The position numbers and the translations under genes are program-made. Shown piece after piece: positions 8,743 to 18,700 of a stretch of DNA of 44,358 nt. Source of the DNA: Kiritimatiellia bacterium (GTDB lineage: Bacteria; Verrucomicrobiota; Kiritimatiellia; RFP12; UBA3636). Position 1 is the stretch's first letter. Each line of letters begins with the position of its first letter. The notes under the pieces were generated by a model. It saw nothing but the letters and a program-made list of their open reading frames with translations, was not told the origin of the DNA and did no database searches. The stretch spans positions 1-44,358 of the forward strand of contig JAFPBK010000010.1 of NCBI GenBank assembly GCA_017424105.1, read 5' to 3'.

Positions 8743-10017
8743 ATGAAACAAATAGAAATACCATATGGAAGAACACACCTTTTGGCAAATGTTGCTGAGG
8801 TGAATTTATTAGGTGTTTACGAATCTGAGGTGCCTCAAGCAGCTGCAGATCCAATTGCAGAGGTAGAGAATGCTCTTGATAATCCGATTGGTTCACAAAA
8901 GCTTGAAGAGCTGGCTGTGGGTAAGAAAAATTGTGTGATTATAGCAAGTGATCATACACGCCCAGTGCCTAGCAAAGTTCTTATGCCAGCAATGCTTAAG
9001 CGCTTAAGATCAGGTAATCCAAATATTGATATTTCTATTTTGATAGCTACTGGATGCCATAGAGAAACATCACGTGCTGAGCTTGTTGAGAAATTTGGAG
9101 AGGAAATCGTTGATAACGAGAAAATTCTTGTTCACGATTCCTCTGACAGGTCTCAGCTTTGCTTTGTAGATATTCTTCCTTCCGGAGGTGAGCTTGTTTT
9201 AAATAAAATGGTAATGGAAACTGATTTGTTAGTTTCTGAAGGTTTTATTGAACCACATTTCTTTGCTGGTTTCTCAGGTGGCAGAAAGAGTGTATTGCCT
9301 GGTGTTGCAGCACGTGAAACAGTGCTTGCAAACCATTGCTCAGAATTTATTCAGAGCCCATTTGCACGTACAGGTAACCTTGCAAATAATCCAATTCATG
9401 GAGATATGGTTTTTGCAGCAAAGAAGGCAAATCTTGCATTTATTCTCAATGTTGTAATCAATGGAGAGAAGAAGATTGTAAAGGCATTTGCAGGTGACAG
9501 AGAGGCTGCTCATGAGGCTGGATGCGCATTCCTTAAGAGCGTATGCCGCGTAGCAGTACCTACTGCTGATATTGTGATTACAAGTAATGGCGGTTATCCA
9601 CTTGACCAAAACATTTATCAAAGTGTTAAGGGCATGACAGCTGGTGAAGCAGTTTGCCGTGAGGGTGGTGTAATCATACTTACAGCTTGCTGTAATGACG
9701 GACATGGAGGAGCAGCCTTCTACAAAGTATTGTCAGAATGTGCTTCTGCACAGGCCCTTTTAGATTCTATTGCAGATATTCCTCGTGACAAGACAACACC
9801 AGATCAGTGGCAGTATCAAATTTTGGTACGAATTCTCACTAAGTACAAGGTAATAATGGTTACATCTGATTGTGATCATGAGATGATTCGCAATATGAAG
9901 ATGGATGCAGCATCAACAATAGATGAGGCATTGCAGCTTGCATATCAATATGTAGGATTATCAGCAAAGGTAGCTGTTATTCCAGATGGCGTATCAGTTA
10001 TAGCAGAAAAAGCATAG
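8743..10017 (+). CDS. larA: LarA-family nickel-pincer-cofactor-dependent 2-hydroxyacid racemase/epimerase.
   Basis: DUF2088-type N-terminus (ASDHTRPVP). IATGCHRE, IEPHFFAGFSGGRKSV and LANH correspond, from memory of L. plantarum LarA, to His108, His174/Lys184 and His200. The track start 8737 is a TTG, and the first ATG is at 8743. Confidence 0.75.
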   Translation: MKQIEIPYGRTHLLANVAEVNLLGVYESEVPQAAADPIAEVENALDNPIGSQKLEELAVGKKNCVIIASDHTRPVPSKVLMPAMLKRLRSGNPNIDISILIATGCHRETSRAELVEKFGEEIVDNEKILVHDSSDRSQLCFVDILPSGGELVLNKMVMETDLLVSEGFIEPHFFAGFSGGRKSVLPGVAARETVLANHCSEFIQSPFARTGNLANNPIHGDMVFAAKKANLAFILNVVINGEKKIVKAFAGDREAAHEAGCAFLKSVCRVAVPTADIVITSNGGYPLDQNIYQSVKGMTAGEAVCREGGVIILTACCNDGHGGAAFYKVLSECASAQALLDSIADIPRDKTTPDQWQYQILVRILTKYKVIMVTSDCDHEMIRNMKMDAASTIDEALQLAYQYVGLSAKVAVIPDGVSVIAEKA

Positions 10018-10192
10018 GCTTATAAAACGAAAATTAATCAATGGTGTTTTGCGCTCAATCTATATGAAAGAGGGATGTGTGTTGGCAATAGTGAAATACA
10101 CATTCCACATATTAGGCTAATTTGTTTAAATCGAACTTCTGAATTTAAGCTTAAACATATTTGTGAAAGATTATTTTTTGAAAAATTTTGGT

Positions 10193-11395
10193 ATGCAAAT
10201 TAAAAATCATTTTTTGTTAATAATAGCTTTTTCATTTATGTCATTTATTTATTGTGCAGAAATGCCACAAACTAAAGAGAAACGCGTAGATACTGCCTAT
10301 GATGCATATAATCGCTCTTTGCGTTGGTTAAAAGAAAAACAAAATCCTGATGGTTCGTGGGGTGATAAATATCAAACAGCCATGACAGGATTTGCCCTTT
10401 TATCATATTTTGTAGCTGGAATAGCACCTTCTAGAGAAGAAGAGGAATTTGGTGAAACAATAAAAAAAGGAATGTTTTGGCTAGCTGATAATGTTCAAGA
10501 AAATGGAATGTTCAAACAATCAGACTCTAAGCTATATTCGCAATTGATAGGATCTTTAGCATTGTCGCAAGCATATGAGTTTACTAAAGTTCCTAAAATA
10601 AAAGATGCCGCAGAGAGAGCAGTTCGCGTAATAATAAATGGACAACAAAAAGGTGGTGGCTTTGATTATGGGCTAAATCCAAATTCTTCACGAAATAATT
10701 TGTCGTTTTCTGTTTGGGCTGTTCATGCACTAGTTGTAGCGCATTCTGCTAAACTAGAAATAAAAGAGACGCTACCAAATGGCAGGAATCTTCTAGAACA
10801 GGCTTGCATTAGAAGTAGGGATGGTATTAAAGCAAATGCAATAGGGAATACTGCAATAAATGGTTTTAGTTATGTTGCTGCTGATGGGAGTTCTCATGTT
10901 GGTTTGACTGGTGCAGCTGTATATTGTTTATATCTTTTAGGCGAGAGTGATTCTATAGAATATAAAAACGGGCAACGTTTTTTAGAGAAATGTACTTTTT
11001 CTTTTGATGACTGGGGTAATCAACCATATCCAAAGGAGGATAATCCAAGTCCTCTTTATTATTGGTATTTCATAACTAATGCGAAATTTAATAGTATGGG
11101 ATGGGCTGATTGGAGTCGTAAGTGTCACAAAGAATTAGTTTCTAGGCAAATTATAATGCCGCAATCAAATCCAGGTTCAGATGGGAAAGTAAGGGAAATG
11201 GGATTTTGGCGTAGCCCTTCAGAAAATGAATCATATCGAGGTGTTGGTCCTGCGTTATGGAAGGATATTATGGATACAACATTATGTTTACTTCAATTTG
11301 ATCGTATATATCATATTTATCCAGCGTTTAGAAATGCATTAAGTATCTACCCTGTTATAGACGAAGATGAGGATGAGATTACTATTTCTTTTTAA
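10193..11395 (+). CDS. Secreted prenyltransferase / squalene-oxidase (terpene cyclase-like alpha/alpha barrel) repeat protein.
   Basis: Signal peptide MQIKNHFLLIIAFSFMSFIYCA starts from the ATG at 10193 (the track GTG is at 10163). RSLRWLKEKQNPDGSWGD and QQKGGGFDYG repeats are typical of this fold. The gene is visibly AT-richer than its neighbours. Confidence 0.55.
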   Translation: MQIKNHFLLIIAFSFMSFIYCAEMPQTKEKRVDTAYDAYNRSLRWLKEKQNPDGSWGDKYQTAMTGFALLSYFVAGIAPSREEEEFGETIKKGMFWLADNVQENGMFKQSDSKLYSQLIGSLALSQAYEFTKVPKIKDAAERAVRVIINGQQKGGGFDYGLNPNSSRNNLSFSVWAVHALVVAHSAKLEIKETLPNGRNLLEQACIRSRDGIKANAIGNTAINGFSYVAADGSSHVGLTGAAVYCLYLLGESDSIEYKNGQRFLEKCTFSFDDWGNQPYPKEDNPSPLYYWYFITNAKFNSMGWADWSRKCHKELVSRQIIMPQSNPGSDGKVREMGFWRSPSENESYRGVGPALWKDIMDTTLCLLQFDRIYHIYPAFRNALSIYPVIDEDEDEITISF

Positions 11396-11679
11396 TTCAA
11401 TTCGACAGTTGTAATAAACTTGGTGGCAAAAAGTGTGAAGAAAAGGTACTGAGTACCAAGATTTTACAAAACACATTTTTTCAAGGTTGTAGATTGCGAA
11501 AGTTAACGCACCATTGCGAAAGTAAATCACATGGCAGAAATTTATGTGATGTTTTTTCACATTTTGTTTGTATAACATCTTAAATTAAGTTAAAATTATA
11601 GCATAATAAAAATCAAATAGTCTTATTGATGGCTATTTTATTGTGTATTGTCTATTTATTTATTTATAAAGGGTGATTT

Positions 11680-13296
11680 ATGAACGAAATGTTTATTGTT
11701 TCCAGTTTGGCAAATGTAATTGCAGGTGCAAAGCTTAAGCGCGAGACAAAGGGCTCTATGCTAAAGAACGAAGTGTTTTCGTTTCAAGTGGTTTATCGTT
11801 ATGATTGGTGTGCAAGAGAAATTGACGTAACAATTGATAGCCCTATTAAGAAATTTGTTTCTGTTAGGATGGAAGAGATAGTTCCTGTCACTACACCTAA
11901 TACTTGGGCAGGCGATGATTTTGTACTATCAAAAGAACCATTTCTGCTTCCAGATGTGCTTGTGCCAATTGAGAAGCGCCGCCCAACCGGAAGATATAAT
12001 ACGTATAGCGTATTGTGGTTTACTGTTAAGGGTGATTTACCTGTTGGCACTCACGACATTGTTATTACACTTGATTCTGGAGGCAATAAGCAAACCTGCA
12101 AGTATAAGCTAACAGTTGTTGATGCTAAGCTTGAAGAGGTAGATTTTAAATATACACGCTGGTTCCACTATGATGGCATAGCTCAGTATTATAATTTGCC
12201 AGTATTCTCTCCAGAATATAATAAAATAATGGATAATTTTATCAAGTGTGCAGTAAATCATGGTCAAAATATGCTTCTTGTACCAATGTTTACTCCTCCT
12301 CTTGATACAAGAATAGGAAGTGAGCGCTTAACTGTGCAGCTTGTTGATGTTGAGGTTAAGAATGGAAAATATGTATTTGATCTTGATCGACTAGTTGCCT
12401 TTATGAAGCATATTAAAAAGCTTGGCATAAAATATTTTGAGCTTAGCCATTTATTTACCCAATGGGGAGCAAAGGCTGCGCCTAAAATTATGGCAAAGAA
12501 AAATGGTAAGCTTGTTCAAATAATGGGCTGGGATACACCAACAACTGGAGCAAAGTATAAAAAGTTTTTGAGTGAATTTTTGCCAACACTTAGAGCTCGC
12601 TTAATCAAGGAAAAGCTTTTCAAGAGTTGCTATTTCCATTTATCTGATGAACCAAGTGATAAAACAATAGAAGATTATTCAATTGCGAGAAACATTTTTA
12701 AACAGTATGTTCCTGATGGAATAGTAATGGATGCATTGAGCCATTATGATTTTTATGAACGTGGACTAGTGGATAGACCAGTATCTGGAACAGACGCTGT
12801 TATAAGAGAGTTTATTGCTAATAATGTTCAGAATATGTGGGTATATTATTGCTGTGGACAATGTGGTGGTAATTTATCAAATGTTATTATGGCATTCCCA
12901 GCTTATAGAAATAGAGTGTTAGGTGTTCAGCTTTATATGAACCAAATTAACGGCTTCCTACAATGGGGCTACAATTTCTATAATTCTGTTCTATCTGATG
13001 AACCAGTTAATCCATATTTTATCACAGATTGCGGCGGTGGTTTGCAGAGCGGTGATGGATTTATCGTTTATCCTGGTAAAAATGGTCCTTACGACTCAAT
13101 TCGTCACGAAGTGTTCTTTGAGGCACTTCAGGACTTCTATCTTTTCCATACGCTAGAGAAGAAGATTGGCAGAGTTAAGACAGAAGCACTATTGGAGAAG
13201 TATGGCTTCAAGAAGAGCTTCACCGAATATCCTCACGAGGAAGAGGCTCTTATGAAAGCACGCAGTGCTGCTCATCGCTTGCTTGGTAAGAAATAG
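11680..13296 (+). CDS. DUF4091 / GH123-like glycoside hydrolase.
   Basis: The size, the YFHLSDEP motif and the LQWGYNFY segment resemble DUF4091 proteins. SD-like GGGTGA lies upstream. Confidence 0.45.
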   Translation: MNEMFIVSSLANVIAGAKLKRETKGSMLKNEVFSFQVVYRYDWCAREIDVTIDSPIKKFVSVRMEEIVPVTTPNTWAGDDFVLSKEPFLLPDVLVPIEKRRPTGRYNTYSVLWFTVKGDLPVGTHDIVITLDSGGNKQTCKYKLTVVDAKLEEVDFKYTRWFHYDGIAQYYNLPVFSPEYNKIMDNFIKCAVNHGQNMLLVPMFTPPLDTRIGSERLTVQLVDVEVKNGKYVFDLDRLVAFMKHIKKLGIKYFELSHLFTQWGAKAAPKIMAKKNGKLVQIMGWDTPTTGAKYKKFLSEFLPTLRARLIKEKLFKSCYFHLSDEPSDKTIEDYSIARNIFKQYVPDGIVMDALSHYDFYERGLVDRPVSGTDAVIREFIANNVQNMWVYYCCGQCGGNLSNVIMAFPAYRNRVLGVQLYMNQINGFLQWGYNFYNSVLSDEPVNPYFITDCGGGLQSGDGFIVYPGKNGPYDSIRHEVFFEALQDFYLFHTLEKKIGRVKTEALLEKYGFKKSFTEYPHEEEALMKARSAAHRLLGKK

Positions 13297-13331
13297 AAGA
13301 TAAAAATAGAATTATATTTTAGGGAAATCTC

Positions 13332-15248
13332 ATGAAGCCATTTGAAAAATCAAAGTTTATCTGGTTTGAAAACGAAAGCCATGTAAATACATATGCTGAG
13401 TTTATTGGTGCATTTTCTCCTAATGGGAAAAATGCATCCATTCGCTTAAGTTGTGATGGTGATTATACACTTTATATCAATGGAAAATATGTTGCATCAA
13501 ATCAGTACGGCGATTTTGAACATTATAAGGTTTATGATGAGATAGATGTCTCAAACTTTCTTCAAGAAGGGGAAAATGAGTACTTTTTTGTGGTATGGCA
13601 TTTTGGTGAGGATTCCCAGCGATATGTACGATATAAGCCTGGACTGATTTTTGAAATTGAGTCAGATGGTGAGCTTATTGCTTATAGTGGTAATCATATT
13701 CGTTCCCGAAAAAGTAAAGCATTCAAGAGCGGAGAATTTAGAAAGATTTCTGATCAATTAAGCTTCAGCTTTTCCTATGATGCAACAGCAAGCTCTCTTC
13801 CTGTACGTTTATTAGATGCATCTGATTTTGCTGAAAGTGTTGAAGTAGAGAAAGAATGTACATTCTTCCCACGCCCAATCGCGAAAAGTTGCTTAGGCAC
13901 ATATTTGGAAGCAAAATGTATTTTTGCTTCTGAAGATTCTAAGCGTTTTCTTTTTGATTTGGGTCGCGAATATGTGGGACTTTGCTCCTTTGAGCTAGAA
14001 GCATCAGAGAAGACCTTAATAAATGTTTCATATAGCGAACATCTTAGAGATGGAGCCGTTCCAAGATTTATAGGTAACCGTGATTTTAGCTTTGATTATG
14101 TAGCTCGTTCAGGTACTAATATCTTTACTAGCTATATGCTTCGTTATGCTTGTCGCTATCTTGAGGTAAATTCGGAAAATCCAATAAATATTAAGACTAT
14201 TGGTATTGTTCCTCAATTCTATGATGTAAAGGTAAAGCCTTTTGAAATCAAAGATGCGACAGATAAGGCAATTTATGATGCCTGCGTAAGAACGCTTGAG
14301 CTTTGCATGATGGAGCATTATGTGGATTGTCCTTGGAGAGAGCAGTGCTTATATGCTTTTGACTCGCGTAATCAAATGCTTTGTGGATATTATGCTTTTG
14401 AGAAAGGGAATTGGGAATATGTACGCTCAAATCTACGCTTGCTAGCGGAATCAAGGCGTGCAGATGGTATTTTGCCTATTTGTTCCCCATGTGGCTTGTG
14501 CTTTACAATCCCATCATTTTCACTTCACTTTATTACAGCAATATTTGAGTATTATTCTCATACATCAGATGTAGATTTTGTAAGAAGTGTTATGCCTAGA
14601 ATTGAAGAAATTCTTAAAGGATTTCTTGTGAATAAACGTGATGGCTTGATTTACAAGTTTACGGCTCCTGAGCATTGGAATTTCTACGATTGGTCTGATG
14701 GAGCAAATGGACGCACTGAAGTAGAGAAATCTTCTGACATAGATCCAATGATTAACCTATTGTTTGCTCGTGCATATAGATTCTATTCAAAGCTATGTGA
14801 GATTTTAAATCGTGATATGGCAATAGAATTTAATGTAGTGGAGTGCTTCCTAAAGCTAAAAGACTTGTATTTTGATAGTAAGGCAAGGCTTTGGGAAATG
14901 TCTGGAATTAAGACAGAGCTTGTTAATTCATTGGCTATTTTGACTGGTGCCTCACAAGGTGAGGAGGCGGAGCAAATTTCTCAGATATTAGCTAATGGCT
15001 CATTAGCAGAATGTTCTTTAAGTATGAAATGCTTTAAGTACGATGCGCTTTTATCTGTTAACAAAGAAAAGTATCGTAATGCAGTGCTTGAAGAAATTCG
15101 CAAGACTTATAAGCCAATGCTTGAAACAGGCACTGTATGGGAGACCGCTATTGGCCGAGATGATTTCTTCCTGGCAGGAAGCTTATGTCATGGCTGGAGT
15201 TCTATCCCAATATACTATTTCCATCAATTAGACGTTGTGCTGCAATAA
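13332..15248 (+). CDS. Alpha-L-rhamnosidase-like (GH78-type) six-hairpin glycosidase.
   Basis: VDCPWREQCLYAFDSR matches the D-x-P-x-R-E signature of the GH78 catalytic domain, within a long N-terminal beta-sandwich plus (alpha/alpha)6 architecture. Confidence 0.5.
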   Translation: MKPFEKSKFIWFENESHVNTYAEFIGAFSPNGKNASIRLSCDGDYTLYINGKYVASNQYGDFEHYKVYDEIDVSNFLQEGENEYFFVVWHFGEDSQRYVRYKPGLIFEIESDGELIAYSGNHIRSRKSKAFKSGEFRKISDQLSFSFSYDATASSLPVRLLDASDFAESVEVEKECTFFPRPIAKSCLGTYLEAKCIFASEDSKRFLFDLGREYVGLCSFELEASEKTLINVSYSEHLRDGAVPRFIGNRDFSFDYVARSGTNIFTSYMLRYACRYLEVNSENPINIKTIGIVPQFYDVKVKPFEIKDATDKAIYDACVRTLELCMMEHYVDCPWREQCLYAFDSRNQMLCGYYAFEKGNWEYVRSNLRLLAESRRADGILPICSPCGLCFTIPSFSLHFITAIFEYYSHTSDVDFVRSVMPRIEEILKGFLVNKRDGLIYKFTAPEHWNFYDWSDGANGRTEVEKSSDIDPMINLLFARAYRFYSKLCEILNRDMAIEFNVVECFLKLKDLYFDSKARLWEMSGIKTELVNSLAILTGASQGEEAEQISQILANGSLAECSLSMKCFKYDALLSVNKEKYRNAVLEEIRKTYKPMLETGTVWETAIGRDDFFLAGSLCHGWSSIPIYYFHQLDVVLQ

Positions 15249-15764
15249 GTTAAAAGAATTGCATTGTGCTGCAATGTGCACGTGGTGGCTAGCGTGCAAA
15301 GAAAGGGACGCAGAGAGCTCAAAGGACGCGTAGGTGCGAAACTAGTGAATAGATAAGGTAAAAATTATTTGAGGTGCACGCTTAACTGGGGTGCGGTACG
15401 TCCTCGTGCTGCACAAGCTACTACGTAAGCGTATTTTGGGCTCTATACTTATATTTAACTGTTGAATTAGTGCTAACTACGTCAGGTACAAGAATATAAG
15501 CAATATTTTGAAGTTTAGTTGTCGATTTTTGGGCTAAATTGGGTATTAGATTTATGCCAAAACAAGGGCAAAAACAGGTTTAATTTATTGCTATTATTGA
15601 TGTGTTTTGGTAGTATTTTCGTGCTTTTTTTAAGTGTAGTCGGTTTTATCTAATCTATACATATTTTTAGTGCAATCTTCTATACTTATTATATAAGCAC
15701 AACAAAATATATGATAAATATATTATTAACAACTAAACAAACAACAAAATATTGAGGAAAATAT

Positions 15765-18700
15765 ATGTTCTCAAAACTATCCAAAAAGATATTGGTAGTT
15801 GCAGGAATTGCAGCAATGACTACTGTTATGGCTGGCAAAACCTCTCCTTGTGGAATATCAATTTTGATAACTATACCCAGGATGCTAAGGTATCTGCAAC
15901 AGAAGAATCCCAAGGTAAATGGGATCAACACGCTGATGACGAGTCTATCGTTACAAACAAAGCGCTAAGCCTAAATACACAAGGCGAAGACCTAAAATGG
16001 ACACCAAAAGCTCCAACAGATGAAAAATATGATTCTGTTATCTTTGACGCAGATGTTACATTTGTTGCTTCTGATATTGTTCCAACAACAGATAAGGATA
16101 TGCAGACAGCCCTTTATCTAAAGGCTACTGATGCAGGTAATGTTCTTTCTGTATGGTCACAAGAGAATGGTGAGCCAACTTGGGTTGATATTGAAAAAAT
16201 TACTATTGCTGATAACACAGAAAAGCATGTTACAATAACAATTAACTACAATGCAAAAGAATCTGCTACACCAATGGTAACTCTACAGATTGGTGATGAT
16301 ACAGTAGAATATCCAGTTGCAGTAGTTAAAGAAGAAGTTACTAGTGTTGCTTTCCGTGGTACTGGTACAATTGATAACTTCGAAGCACAGACAAACATTG
16401 ATGCAGTTGCTTATGTTGGCACAGAGCCATTCACAACTTACGAAGAGGCTTTTGCATATCTAGCAGAAAATGGTGGTGATTTCACATTTGCTGTAGATCC
16501 AACAGAAACTCTAAAGTTTGGTGAGTATACTTTCTCAAAGAATACAACAATCGATTTGAATGGTAACATTATTGAGGCAGCATTCGTTGTTGATGGTGGT
16601 GCTGAGCTAACAATCAATAATGGCACAGTTAATGCTCCAATGGGTTATGATGTTATTTACATCAAGAATGGTAAGGCAATAGTTGGTGCAACAGCAAATC
16701 TATATGCATCTGATAATTGCGTAGTGTTCATGAAGAATACAGAAAATGCTGATGCAGATCTAATTCTTGATGTTCAAGGTAAGCTATATGTAGAGAACGA
16801 CACAGGCTACGCAGCTATCCAGGGCAATGGTATCAATGTAACAGCATCTGAAATCACAATTTTGGATGGTGCAGTTGTTTCTCACAAGTATGATACAGCA
16901 ATCTATCACCCACAGAATGGTACTCTAACAATTGGTGCAGCTACAATCAAAGGTACAACAGGTATTGAGATGCGCGCAGGCTCCCTAGTTGTTGATGGCG
17001 CAACAATCGTTGCTACAGGTACACCTGCAAGCACAGATGAAAATAACGATGGTACAACAACAGTTGGTGCAGCTATCGCTCTATCACAGCACAGCACAAA
17101 GCTTCCTACATCTGTGACAGTTAATGCTGGTGCTCTAACAGGTGAATATGCTTTCCTACAGTACAATGGAAATGAAACTGCTTCTGAGAATATCTCTGCA
17201 ACAATCGGCTCAGGTGTAGAGCTAAATGGTGCTGTTGTAGTTACAGAAACTGGCTTTGCAATGCCAAAGGCTGACGATGGTTCTTATACACTTGCTTCAG
17301 GTGTAGCAATCGTTGGTAATAACGTTTATGAAACACTAGCTGACGCAGTAGCAGCTGCAGCAGCAGGTGATACAGTAACTCTTATCGCTGATGCAACAGC
17401 AAGCGAGATTGTTACAATCAACAAGGCAATCACACTTGATGGTAATGGCTTCGCTCTAACATCAACAGCAGCTCGCGCAATCAATGTTGATGGTGCAGAT
17501 GGCTCAACAATCAAGAATCTAAAAATCGTTACAACAGGTGAGCGTGGTATCAACATCATCAATGATGCAACAAATGTTACAATTGCTAATGTTGACGTTA
17601 CAGCATTTAACTATGCAGTTAACGTAGCTGGAACAGCTCCAGATGCAGTTGTTACAATCACAGGTTCAACAATCACAGGTCTAAATGCAGTTAACGTTGC
17701 AGCAGCAAATTCTAATATTACAATTGCTGATTCAACAATCAATTGCAATGACAATGCTCCAACAGAAAAGTATGGTGCAATTTCATTACACCAGAATGCA
17801 GTAAATGCAACAGTTGCAGTTACAGGTACAACATTTAATGTTGCTGGTGATTCTAAAGTTGCAATCAATGGCGCAGCAGGTGCAACAGTTACAATCAATG
17901 GTTCAACAGATTCTGTAGCAAACATGGTTGCAGCAATTAACTATGCTGATGGTTATAGCTACATGTTTGCAACTCTTGAAGATGCAATTGCAAAGGCAGA
18001 GGCTGGTGAGACAGTTAAGCTTCTAGCAGATGTTACAGCAACAGAAATTATCACAATCAATAAGGCAATCACACTTGATGGTAATGGTAAGACTCTAACA
18101 TCTACAGCTACACGTGCAATCAATGTTGAGACAACAGGTGAAGTTGTTATCAAGAATATCACTATCGATGCAGCTGAGCGCGCTATCAACATCATTAACG
18201 AGCCTGCTACAGTAACTCTAACAGATGTTACTGCTACAGCAGATAACAACGCTGTTATGATCGCTACATCAGCTGGTGCTGCTAAAGTAACTGTTGAGAA
18301 TTGCGACTTCACAGGTTTGGCAGTAATCAATGTTGCAGGTGCAGATGCACAGGTAACAGTTGCTGATTCAAAGATTACTAACGTTGATGCTAACTCAGAC
18401 GAGAACTATGGTGCAATCACTGTATGGACATCTGCAGAAGGTGCAACAGTAGAAGTAACAAACAGCGAGATCGTTGTTGCTGACGATTCATATGAGGCAT
18501 TTGTATTCCCAGGTGAAGCAACAGTTACAGGCGTAGATAATGTTACTTACTGTGTTGCTACAGTTGGTGATGCTGGTTATGATACTATTGAGGAAGCTCT
18601 TGAAGAAGCTAAGGATGGCGATACAATCGTTCTACAGCGCGATGTTACAGCAAGTGATATTGTTGTAATCAACAAGGCAATCACACTTGATGGTAATGGT

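Noticed and set aside
11339-11578. 79-aa - strand ORF in the spacer after the prenyltransferase-like gene.
   Set aside because: It overlaps the 3' end of the + strand gene and AT-rich spacer DNA with repeats. It has no SD and a composition untypical of coding sequence.
15249-15440. A third copy of the 105-nt intergenic repeat.
   Set aside because: It shares only short GC-rich words (GTGGCTAG, GTGCGAA, GCACG) with copies A and B, has no collinear alignment and lacks the covarying hairpin. At most it is distantly related.
15752-15764. TTG start proposed by the ORF track for the 1526-aa protein.
   Set aside because: This TTG sits inside the SD (GAGGAA) of the ATG at 15765 and yields an N-terminus without an export signal. 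The ATG frame gives a textbook signal peptide.
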